DNA from: Eukaryota sp. TZLM1-RC
Lineage: Eukaryota > Protista > Metamonada: BaSk clade
DNA length: 64,000 nucleotides
Reading direction: 5' to 3'
Assembly: GCA_040285825.1 (NCBI GenBank)
Contig: JAUPSS010000013.1
Location: forward strand, 124,001 to 188,000
Shown here: piece after piece, positions 24,480 through 34,443 of the stretch
Numbering within the stretch: the stretch's first letter is position 1
How the letters are laid out: every line of letters starts with the position of its first letter
Program-made: the position numbers and the translations under genes
The notes under the pieces: generated by a model
Database searches by the model: none
The model's input: only the letters and a program-made list of their open reading frames with translations
What the model was told of the DNA's origin: nothing

Positions 24480-27378
24480 ATGGATCTCATCAACAAAGAT
24501 GCCCACGTCTACTCACTGAGTTATTCTCATGAGACATTCTGCGTACTTGAAAACTCACATAGTCTGGCAAGAGTTAGTGGTGATCTGGTTGGCCATTCTC
24601 TTCGGAAACTCAACCCTATTCTAGAGAGTGGACACAGTACAACCTTTTGTAGCCTTCTCCACAATAAACCCCTGATATGGAATCACATCTGCTCCACTGA
24701 AGACCAAACAGTAATGGTTGGTAACGATCCTTTTATTCACCACCTAATGGAAGAAGATGTATATCCTGTGCTGTTTTGTAAGCAATGTCACATTTCCTGG
24801 ATTGATTCGACGTTTCTACATCAGTTTGATGAGAATAAACGTACAAACATCCAACACCAAGTAGCTAGCATGATTGAAAAAGCCAGCCAAAAGAGTACTT
24901 CATCGTACTTCAGCATTGGTGAGTTTGATCCACATCCCACACACTTCCATTTACGTGTTCAAAGGAATACTCATGGGGCTGTCATAGGATACATCAGAGT
25001 GCGGCAGGTTGTTTTTGAAGGAGCTGACCTTATGCGACAAATACTTGATGAGATTCCCTTCTCAATTGGAATACACTGCTCCCCTAGCAAAATTGAGTTT
25101 ATGAACAGACAAATGCGAGAGACGGTAGGAGTTTCTTCTCCAACGTGTTCCTTATATGACTTCTTAGATAGGGAAACTGCCGAGAGATCAGAAAGGGAGA
25201 ACATAGCTTTGTGGGAGCTAGCTGATTCGGTAAACAAGCACAGTCTTTCTCGCCTAAAGTCTGGGAAAACCATTCCCGTTTCCTTCAAAAAGGTACCTCT
25301 ACCACCAGATCATCCCACCATTTTATTGTTTAACATTACCGATAATCCAGAGACTCAAAAGGTTCGTGAAGATCTTTTCAGTACAGAGCTTCGGATGTGG
25401 CGTTTCAAGGAAGCATTATCGGAAGTTTCATTCGTGGCTAATATAGCAATCATTCTCTACAACAAGGACAGCATCTTTTGCATGAACGAAAAGATGAGGG
25501 AGCTATTCTGTGATCAGGCTTTCTGTACTGAAGAGATGGAGACGACCAAGATTCTCAACATTGTTTGCAATTCATTTATGGATGATGCGCCAATTAGGGT
25601 ACTTATGGAGCTGGACTTAGACTCACCGAGAATCCTCCATATTACCAGGGCACTGTTGAAAGACGGGCGAACAGTGGATGTTTTATCCTTTCCTCTTAGT
25701 GACGAGCTTGAACGAACCCGTGCCCTTTGTATAACAGACATAAGTGAAAGAGTGTTGAAAGAACATGAACTCACGGCAGCTCTGGAATCAGCAAAGGTTT
25801 CGAAAAGAGCGAAACAACAGCTGCTTGCACTATTCAGTCATGAATTGAAGACTCCTATATCATCTATCCTAACAAACACAGAACTAATAATGGAAACAAT
25901 GACCACTGAAACCGTCAAAGAGAACGTGAAGGCTATTCAAGACGCTTCCCACATTCTGGAGAATCTGATATCAAACATGCTGGAGACTGTGGAGGTGGAG
26001 ACTTCAAGCGTCATTCCCCCTGCAGAGTTTAATTTGGTCTCTTTGGTAGATTCTATTTACGACATGTATCGGGAACGTACATCACAGAATGTTCTATTCA
26101 GCGAGGTAATTCATCCTTGTTTGGATGACAACTTTATCGGTTTAGAAAGGGCAGTGAAGACGATTGTCCTCAACCTCGTTGCCAATGCTGTTAAGTTTAC
26201 AGACTCTGGAACTATCAAGTTAGGCTTGTCATGCTTGCATCAACTGGCAGAAAAGGTACACATAAGGTTTGAACTAACTGATACAGGAATAGGAATGAGT
26301 CCACAGCTTATGGCCAACGTATTTGAACCATTTGAGGTGGAGGATCCACAAAAGACGGTACAAGGAGCTGGATTGGGTCTCTATCTCAGCCAAGTATGAA
26401 GGTTTACATTTCTTTATCCTAGAAAATGGCTGATAAGCTGAAAACTAAGATCAATGTAGAATCTACTGAAGGACGAGGTTTGTTTGGTTTTAGTTACTCT
26501 GATGTCCAGGCTCAAGATTCTGGTTTGACTTTGAGTTAACCAGAGCACGCCATCCCCCAACGAGAAGAACCTATTTGTCTGCTTGTTGTAATATCAAGAT
26601 TGTTCTCGCTGGAGATACAACGTGTTTCCTTGTTCAAAACCTGGTGGAGCAGCTACGTCTCTTTACATGTGATGTTGATGTTTTTACTGAAGACAATCCA
26701 GTAGCATTTAGGAACTATTTGCACTCCTTAAGTCCAACCAATGTATTGATTGATGTTAGAATGTCCTTAATTCTGAGTGCTGTGTCATGTTTACCGGTAT
26801 CAAGGCTGCTTCTGATCATTCAAAACAAGGGAGAGATGCAGCTTTCGTGCACCACTATTTCTTCGGGCGAGTTTCTGCTTCTTCCCACAACTTACTACAC
26901 GCTACTTAGGAAGCTACTGGCTTGGGCACAACAACCTTCAGTCTCTCATGTAGAAGAACAATTAGCTGTGGGGAATCTTACAGTCATGGTGGTAGATGAC
27001 AGCATATTGAACCTACGCTCTGTCTCAAAGTTATTGACACTTATGGGTGTCAAAGTATTGACCGCATCCTCCGGCCCAGAAGCCATTGCTGTGTACAAAA
27101 CAAATCACCAACAGATTTCGCTTATATTGATGGATTACCGCATGAAGCCACTTAATGGAGTGGAAACCTCTCAACAAATACGCCTTTTGGAACAGACAAA
27201 GTCTCTTCCTCGGACGGACATTATAGCGTTAACTGCAGATTTGAGCATTTCCACTGTTCAGGATTGTTTGAGTATTATGCAAGACTTTCTACCCAAAGTA
27301 TGTCCCTTCATCGACTAACACCAGCCTGTTACTAAGCAAAAACTTATAACAATTTTAAACAAATATCTTAGTGGGTGA
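24480..27378 (+). CDS. Hybrid sensor histidine kinase (2 PAS - HisKA - HATPase - degenerate REC - REC), about 936 aa; exons 24480-26393, 26423-26477, 26510-27297, 27325-27378
   Basis: H-box FSHELKTPI, N-box NLVANAVKFT, G1 DTGIGM, F-box VFEPF, G2 GAGLGL; spliced VESTEGRGSRFWF; receiver VVDD...LMD...TA...FLPKP. Confidence 0.92.
26394..26422 (+). other. 29-nt intron
   Basis: GTATGA...TTTATCCTAG; removal continues GLGLYLSQ|KMADKL. Confidence 0.85.
26478..26509 (+). other. 32-nt intron
   Basis: GTTTGT...CTGATGTCCAG; removal restores STEGRGSRFWF and joins the 26575 ORF frame. Confidence 0.85.
27298..27324 (+). other. 27-nt intron
   Basis: GTATGTCCCTTCATCGACTAACACCAG; removal restores the conserved receiver Lys-Pro (DFLPK|PVTK). 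Confidence 0.9.
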
Positions 27379-27953
27379 TTGGTTTCTAAAAGGCTTGGTG
27401 TCCTTGGATTTTGTGATTAGATTGTTTTTAGTAAGAATTGTAAATAGGCATAAAGTAGAGCATAATGGAGAAATTTGCTTTAACTGTCATTCTAATAGAG
27501 CTTCTCAGACACTCAACAAGAAATCATTCGGTACAACTTCTATGACATCTTGGTAACCATCAGCATAGTTATTACTATACTGTAATCACCCAAATACAAG
27601 CCCGCAGAATTTCAGGGAACCAATGCCAGACATTTTTACAAACCAGCATAATAATATTCCTGCCACCCTGAACTTTTCATCAACAGCATTGTTATTATTA
27701 TATAAAAATTCATCAATCAGAGATCTCTGGAAGGTTGTTCACTGTGGTTATTTTATCCCTTTTGTATCTTTTTGAACAATTGTTTTGATGTTAAATGTAT
27801 TGTGGATCATCTGTGGTACTACCAAACCATTTTTTTGTACTTTTAGGCAAAATCAAACGAATAGGGTAGATAATGCACCAGTCTTGCATAATCTTAAACA
27901 ACTTATCGATGGAGGGTAACAGCACGCTTCTAGATCACTGTCAAATGATTAGT

Positions 27954-28090
27954 TGATGCCGTCTGTGTCATATGATAACAAAGAATAAGGATAAGTTTAT
28001 TTGAATTTCACCAGCCCTTATAAAGGCCATCACTAGTGAACTATACTATATAAATACAAACGTATTAGACTAATTGTCCACAGTACAACA
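27954..28090 (-). mobile_element. Solo LTR of the Gypsy family at 54843-63362, with 4-bp TSD TAGT
   Basis: Reverse complement matches the 136-bp LTR (TGTTGTACTGTGGACAATTAGTC...GCATCA); TAGT at 27950-27953 and 28091-28094. Confidence 0.92.
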
Positions 28091-28194
28091 TAGTTTAATA
28101 ATGCTATCCCATTGTTCGGAATTACACGTGGCAGCACATGTTGAAATGTTCTTAAACAACTAATTTTTCAATAATTTACGAAAATCGTTGACTT

Positions 28195-28900
28195 TTTTTT
28201 GATATATATTTGATTCAAACAAAATTGTAAAAAACTAAAAATCAATCTCAAAAACTCCACATCTACTATTGAAAACTTACCTGCAGCATTTTCTTCATAA
28301 AATTCTGCAAGTGATAACAACGAGCTAGAAACAAGACTATACATTCCCTTAAAAATTGAAAATACAATTCTGTTTTGCCAAACGTTCGGTCAATTATTCT
28401 TCCAGTTCTATTTTTGACAATAGAAGAGAAATCGTCCAAAAAAGATAACGCAGTTTTACCCAAGGTTCCAAATAAAGAAAAAGTAAAAGGACAAAGAAGG
28501 TATTGAGTATGTGAGTTGGAATTCAAGTTCTTGATCTTTTCTGTGTACTTGATAATTTTCGCTTCTTCAGCTCTACGTAAAGGTGAATTAAAATCGTTGA
28601 CAATCAGATGTATCGCTAGGTGTAAACATTATCATATACTATATGTTATCGTATAGAGACTATCCAAGGCTAATAGAAGTTCGCAATCTAAGTATTGAGA
28701 TGATTTGAAATTCAATTTCCACTTTATCCTCTGTTTCAATTCTATAGAAACGAAGCCTACGTACTTATGGTTAAGTGAAAAATACAACATTTTAAACTTT
28801 TGCAAATAACATACCCTTGGTTACGAACTGAATCATGAACAATTGAGTGATATTAAATGAAATTATTTGCAGTTCAAAATAGTCAAAGTTTATAAAATGT
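28195..28900 (-). mobile_element. CRE-type family D 3' remnant
   Basis: HSIVHDSVRNQ, FTFSLFGTLG, DDFSSIVK motifs; same 3' end as the stub at 34160-34275. Confidence 0.7.
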
Positions 28901-29262
28901 TTGCCACCTTCAATAAATGCGGCTTTATAAGGTAGTTGGTTTTACATAATTAATATTTACCAAGATCCATCAATGGGACTTTTGCTTTTGAAATGGATCA
29001 ATTTCTAACAAGTGGATCAATGCATGACTTAATTTTAATGCGACAAACATCCAAAAGACTATTAGTAATGTTGATCGCAAAAAAGGAGTAAACTTTTCAG
29101 AACACACATTAAGAAGACCAGACTGATCGTAACTGATAAAAGAAACTTTAACATTATCAATAACATACTCATTTGACTCATGGTCGATAGTTTGTGATTA
29201 TTCCGCACGAAAATAGAAACTATAAAAATAACTCTCCAACACTGTTGTTTTAATCGTTGATC

Positions 29263-30138
29263 ATGAAATTGGGACTACTTCTGCTTCTATGCATTGCTGT
29301 TGTACAATCAACATACTTTACTCACTTTTTGTATCACGATATAGAACCGGTCACCTTGAAACTTGAGAAAACTAGCATTAGTTCTCCTAGCTATTTCGAA
29401 CGCGATGTACCGATTGAAATCGATAAGTGGCTCAATCCAGAATTTGGAATCAAGGTTGTTGCCCCTACGGATATTTACAGATATAGTGTGACCTATAATG
29501 CTACCGGACATCCTGAATGTCAGCCTATTGGCAAGTGCAAGGTCGTTTTTTCAGCGGACGTTTCTATTCCCGACCAAGTGCCTATTGAAAAATGGCATCG
29601 CAAGTATATGGTTTCATCAACAAGGAGATATGGAGTAAAGCTGTATGCTAGTACTGGTATATTCATGGCACCTATGACTGCTGTTGCATGGGTATTAGAT
29701 GGACTACAAGGTTCATATCTCAATAATCCGAGTCAACATCACTCCCTCCTTTTTAAAGACGATAATCAGGGTGTCATTGTCTATGACATCGTCATTCAGA
29801 ATCATTCACATCATGACGTTTATCTCGAAGATCCTAAGGGATCAGTGGAATGTAAAGCTCCCGTACCAAAAGTGGTCAGAAGCTTTCAAGAGATCAATGT
29901 TGTCTGTATGGGACCGGAAAACAATGCTTGGATGTCAGTAGGTGCTTCCTTGCCAGATGTAATTGAACCACAGCGGTACCCTGACTTGTTGTTGAAGATG
30001 CAGAAAACTTATAACCAAGGTGTAACTGCCTTCTTTTCAAACTATCGTGAAGTGGATAAGAGCTTGAGCATTACCCTTGAAGTAAATGAAGATATGGACT
30101 ATAACAATATTGTATTTAAAATCTCAGATCCATTGTAG
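29263..30138 (+). CDS. Secreted hypothetical protein (about 291 aa)
   Basis: Signal peptide MKLGLLLLLCIAVVQS; beta-rich; no family recognised. Confidence 0.7.
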   Translation: MKLGLLLLLCIAVVQSTYFTHFLYHDIEPVTLKLEKTSISSPSYFERDVPIEIDKWLNPEFGIKVVAPTDIYRYSVTYNATGHPECQPIGKCKVVFSADVSIPDQVPIEKWHRKYMVSSTRRYGVKLYASTGIFMAPMTAVAWVLDGLQGSYLNNPSQHHSLLFKDDNQGVIVYDIVIQNHSHHDVYLEDPKGSVECKAPVPKVVRSFQEINVVCMGPENNAWMSVGASLPDVIEPQRYPDLLLKMQKTYNQGVTAFFSNYREVDKSLSITLEVNEDMDYNNIVFKISDPL

Positions 30139-30214
30139 TTATAGTAGCTAGAGGAGTATGTTCAAATTGAAGCATAAAATCCACAATCTTTTTCAAATGT
30201 ATATTTTATAAACA

Positions 30215-30385
30215 TTTATTGAACATGGATACTTGATTGAATTAATTCATAACTAATGGGACGAATATCATTGAACCAAGAATTCCTCTACAAAATCTTG
30301 ATCTGCTTGCTGTCTAGCTAAAGCTTCTCTCATTCGATTGAAAAACTGTGGTAATCTATTATTAATGGCAAATTGAAAATATAAT
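30215..30385 (-). mobile_element. 3'-end stub of CRE family B
   Basis: Reverse complement of ...GCTAGACAGCAAGCAGATCAAGATTTTGTAGAGG...CGTCCCATTAGTTATG...TTCAATAAA. Confidence 0.85.
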
Positions 30386-30560
30386 TTATAAAATTAAAAT
30401 TTGAAAAAACTAATTATTAGTGCTCTCAAATATGGGCTATTGAAATCTTCTGATGTGAGCAACCCTTTAGCACAAAGATTTTTGATTTTAAAAACAGAAT
30501 GTTCAGACAACAAACCCAAACACAAATGAAGTGCATTAAAAATTAAATAAATAAAATAAA

Positions 30561-32626
30561 GGGACAACACCAAAATCCACACGTACCACAATTTTTAATC
30601 AAAATCCACAAACATTTCTCAAAGTAATTTTCACAATCCACATCATCCAGAACCTGTGATGAAAATCCACATATGACGTGACCCAAATCTTTTCAAGTTG
30701 GTTGATCAAAATCATCTTTATTGAACACCTCTATTCAACTGCTTCTTATGAAACAATAAACTATTGATTAGGACAACCTCTTTTGTTATGGTTTACTACT
30801 CCACATAAACCACACTTATAAATGCGTTTCTGAGCTGGCTCTAATGAAGTTTGAGATCTTCTGGGCTTACTTCCTGATTTTTTCTCTCTTGCATTCCTCA
30901 TACGAACTTTCTTGGGTCTGCCCACTCTCGGCTTGGCAATTGGAGGCCCGCTAACATTTACTTCCGGTGCTCTTTCATCAGATTCAACGTTACTCTCCAA
31001 CGTAACATCATCAACAGATAATATTCTCCCCTCGTAGGCACGTAAATACCATAAAGAAGAGTGCTGTGGTGCACAGTATTCAATTCCTCTTGAACCGTTC
31101 CTTGTCAAAAACATCAGCAAGTGAGCACATGGAATTCCTTCTTTCCCATCACAGCAACTACAACTTTTTTCCTCAATATCAACGTTGAACACTCTACCAC
31201 TGTCTATGACCTCAAACTCATCGTCATCAACTTCAATAGATCTTAAGTCACGCAACAACATCAACCTCTCCTCAAGATTCTTAACAGCTCTTGGAACTAA
31301 AGGGAATTCAATCATTGCTCTTGCTTCTTTTCGTCTTGATACAAACCATCTTCCAAGCATTGCTCTGATACTATCAAACATTTGAACAATAGGTTGTTCT
31401 CTGGCTTCGTTGATAGCAGCATTGAGTGATTCCACGACGTTACTTGTGGTATGTCCCCACCTGTTTCCAGGAAAAATGCACTCGACCCAACGTTGAGGAT
31501 CTGCCGTCTTCTCGATATATTCCGCTGCCGTCTGTGAGACAATCGCCATTTCTTTTAGAATATCGTTGTAGTCATTGAGATTTTTTGCTTTTGCTAGTCG
31601 AAAAATAAAGGGCCTAGCTTTTTTTGATCCTTTACCTGTTGCATTATCAGCAAGATGTTTTACACAGAATGCATGAGGACATCCAGGAAGTACAGCCTCC
31701 ACTGCATTGATCAGACCTTTTTGCCGATCAGAAATGATTGAAGTACATGAGATAACAAATATGTTGCGAAGATGATCTAGAAACCACGACCAAGTTGCTG
31801 TATTTTCAGTATCAACAACTCCAAACGCTAGAGGGAATGTCTGTCCATTTGCGTCAATTGTTGCAGCTACCAAGATTGTTCCAAGATACTGATTTTTGAT
31901 GAAACAGCCGTCCAACTCGATCACAGGTTTACAATATTGCTGACCAGTAATGGATGCTGAAAACGCCAAAAAGCAACGACTAAAGCGATCATCATCACCT
32001 GCTTCAACAAAAGCCACAGTTCCTGGCATTTTCTGTTTCAAACGTTCGAAGTAACGAGGTAGTAGGCTGAAGGACTTCTCCTTGTCTCCATATAACAACA
32101 TTTGTGCTTCTTTTACCACTCTAGAACATGCGTTATGATTGATTGCCATGTCAGACATCCTTTGCATTCTAGTTGGAGATACTGGTCCACAACGTCTGAA
32201 ATCCTCTTTCAACATAAGAGCCACAATTTTCGCAGGAACGTGATTTTTTGATTGTGCTTGACAAGGTGTGTTGTGCTCCACGAACTTCGTAACAATCCAA
32301 ACATCGCAATCAAGAGGGGACGTAGCAATAAAACGAAAGGGACACTTCTCATCATCACACTTGATTTCCCAGCGGGTCTTGTTGTTATTTTGAGCAGGAG
32401 AGAACTCTTTGTTGATTTCAATACCATATTGATGCAGAGTTGTTATCATTTTGTCACGAGATTCGAAAGTATCGTTCACTGAGATGGATATAGGTTCAGA
32501 AGCTTTAAGTTTATTAAGATTAAGAGCAATAGTCATTTTTGTGGTTTTTGATGAAAAAGATGGGACTAATGTTGCTGTGGATTTTGATGGAAATTGATTT
32601 AATCATGTGGATTTTGGTGTTTTCCC
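30561..32626 (-). mobile_element. Mutator/MULE DNA transposon, apparently intact (2066 bp)
   Basis: TIRs GGGACAACACCAAAATCCACA / TGTGGATTTTGGTGTTTTCCC; 9-bp TSD TAAAATAAA (30552-30560, 32627-32635); subterminal AAAATCCACA repeats. Confidence 0.95.
30761..32536 (-). CDS. MuDRA-like transposase (DBD, MULE DDE, SWIM, CCHC)
   Basis: IELDGCF, IISDRQKGL, CVKH, TSNVVESLN, SWIM CSC...GIPCAH, C-terminal CGLCGVVNHNKRGC; no internal stops. Confidence 0.95.
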   Translation of the reverse strand: MTIALNLNKLKASEPISISVNDTFESRDKMITTLHQYGIEINKEFSPAQNNNKTRWEIKCDDEKCPFRFIATSPLDCDVWIVTKFVEHNTPCQAQSKNHVPAKIVALMLKEDFRRCGPVSPTRMQRMSDMAINHNACSRVVKEAQMLLYGDKEKSFSLLPRYFERLKQKMPGTVAFVEAGDDDRFSRCFLAFSASITGQQYCKPVIELDGCFIKNQYLGTILVAATIDANGQTFPLAFGVVDTENTATWSWFLDHLRNIFVISCTSIISDRQKGLINAVEAVLPGCPHAFCVKHLADNATGKGSKKARPFIFRLAKAKNLNDYNDILKEMAIVSQTAAEYIEKTADPQRWVECIFPGNRWGHTTSNVVESLNAAINEAREQPIVQMFDSIRAMLGRWFVSRRKEARAMIEFPLVPRAVKNLEERLMLLRDLRSIEVDDDEFEVIDSGRVFNVDIEEKSCSCCDGKEGIPCAHLLMFLTRNGSRGIEYCAPQHSSLWYLRAYEGRILSVDDVTLESNVESDERAPEVNVSGPPIAKPRVGRPKKVRMRNAREKKSGSKPRRSQTSLEPAQKRIYKCGLCGVVNHNKRGCPNQ

Positions 32627-32726
32627 TAAAATAAATACAAAATAGAGCAATTACACAAAATCTGTAACCTTAAATTTTCCAGGAGCTAGTGTTTCGTTCA
32701 AAGGGAAAGAAACAGTAGTTCAAGAT

Positions 32727-32970
32727 GAACACATAATAAAACATAATGAGAATTCCTGAGAATTCCTGAGAATTCCACATCAAATGGATTGATGGTCTTG
32801 GCTGGTTAGTCTCAGACATAACTGTATAAATGTAAATAAATAAATAAATACGAGGATGTATTTGTAGTCTGTAGTCTGTCAGCCCACAATGAACCGGTTG
32901 GGGGAACATGCAGAACACATAATACACCTGAGAATTCCTGAGAATTCCTGAGAATCCCACATCAAATGGA
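32727..32970 (+). repeat. Two direct repeats of GAACACATAATA...(TGAGAATTCC)3-ACATCAAATGGA, cores 182 bp apart
   Basis: 42-bp cores at 32747-32788 and 32929-32970 are 41/42 identical. Confidence 0.9.
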
Positions 32971-33086
32971 TATTGAATAAAAAGTCGTGAACACTGATGT
33001 AAGCTTCTCAGCACTGAGAGTTAGTATACACTAATCACCTTGGAAATACGTTGATGAAAACAGCTACTGCTGTCTCCTTAGTCGTC
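32956..33086 (-). ncRNA. Candidate Fanzor omegaRNA scaffold
   Basis: Consecutive hairpins immediately 3' of the Fanzor stop (33056-33077, 33021-33034, 33006-33019, plus pairing of 32995-33003 with 32956-32964). Function is inferred from position only. Confidence 0.35.
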
Positions 33087-33700
33087 TTACACGCCTGGTC
33101 TTCGAAATGGTTCTGGCCTAGTACCAGTGAATTACTCACTGATTACATTCTCCAGCTGATTTTTGGAGGCTGAGATGTCCCTAGAACAGTTGGTCTGACC
33201 TTACGGGCAATCGAACTTAGCGTTATTTACCCTTCCGTCATCATGATATATCTTTCTATTAAAGACCTTACAGCAATTCAGTTTTGCTGAAGTCATAAAC
33301 TGGTCCCCCACTTTGACGTTTTCAATGTGTTTTTTGATTTGTTTGAGAAAAATCTTTCTGGGGGATTTCACAGCTTGACGAGATGGACCACCGCCGCCAT
33401 TGCCGAACCAAATTATGATGTTTCTTCCTTCAGACAAGCGTTTAATTTTGTTAATAACACTAGTTATTCTCTTTTGCCTTCGTATGAAAAAATCAAACTT
33501 ATTTCTGGTATGTTTTTTTCTTGCACCACGCTCCAGGTTTCCACACATAATTGCAAAAAATTCAGGTCGTTCCTCAGATTCAGAAACATAAGGTAAACTT
33601 ATTTCAATAAGATACTCTGGAAGCTCTGAGCCGAATCACTATTAGGAGTTGAGTGAGAGAAGGAGAGTGATTTGAATTTCGTTCTTTTGGGTTAAGCAGC
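33087..33700 (-). pseudogene. Fanzor (eukaryotic TnpB-like RuvC nuclease), C-terminal half, decayed
   Basis: FFIRRQK.IT.VINKI, IIWFGNG...P.K...KQIKK...VGDQFMTSAKLNCC. Reading through the TAA at 33203-33201 gives CP*GQTNCSRDISASKNQLENVISE*FTGTRPEPFRRPGV*, i.e. RuvC-III RD..A..N and the terminal RP..FR motif. Confidence 0.75.
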
Positions 33701-34159
33701 AAGCCAGAACCCTCAAATACATGTGCAGTATTTCGGAAACAACCAGTAGTCCAACAACAAATATTGTAAGAGTAAAATGTAAAGCTAAAAGAAATAGTGT
33801 ACTAGTGATGTTTGAGCAAGGAAAGACGACATTTCAGTAATATTACGGTACATAAATTTAATGCTCCTCAGTTTGCACAACCACATCGTAGTCATCTATA
33901 ACTTATGGGAAGAATTAAATAAAATGTCATTTTATTTTATTTCATATTTGGTCCATTTTCAGACTTTTAAAAGCAAATATCTTTTCCAAATTAAAGTTCA
34001 ACTTTGATTTACGACCATGTCTCAAGCAATTGTTCGTAGTCGACTTCTTTATAGGCGTAATTCAAGCAGTTTTCGACTGAAAAGAGTTTACAATGACTGT
34101 AATTACCAACAGAAAGGACAAATAATTGGCAGAATGGTTTAAAATGTCTTAGTTCTTTT

Positions 34160-34275
34160 TTTGATACATATTTTATTCAAACAAAATTGTAAAAAACTAA
34201 AAATCAATCTCCTCAAACTCCACATTTACTATTGAAAATTTACCTACAGTTTTTTCTTCATAAAATTCTCCTAGT
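34160..34275 (-). mobile_element. 3'-end stub of CRE family D
   Basis: Near-duplicate of 28195-28310. Confidence 0.75.
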
Positions 34276-34443
34276 TGGGATTCAAGTTATTGATTTTTTA
34301 AAATGTCTTAGTATTCCTTTTAAGTGAAATCCTCACACTGAAATTCCTTAAGAATGATTGCTTTCTTGAAACCCGCAATACATGTGATACACACTTACCA
34401 ATGTATGTGACTTACACAATATATTTAGCACTCAGTGTAACTT

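Noticed and set aside
32727-32970. CRISPR array
   Set aside because: Only two repeats with a ~125-bp spacer, eukaryotic context, no cas genes
30561-33700. Fanzor as cargo of the adjacent MULE (same strand, a known association type)
   Set aside because: The MULE is closed by TIRs and a perfect 9-bp TSD at 32626/32635, and the Fanzor lies outside it
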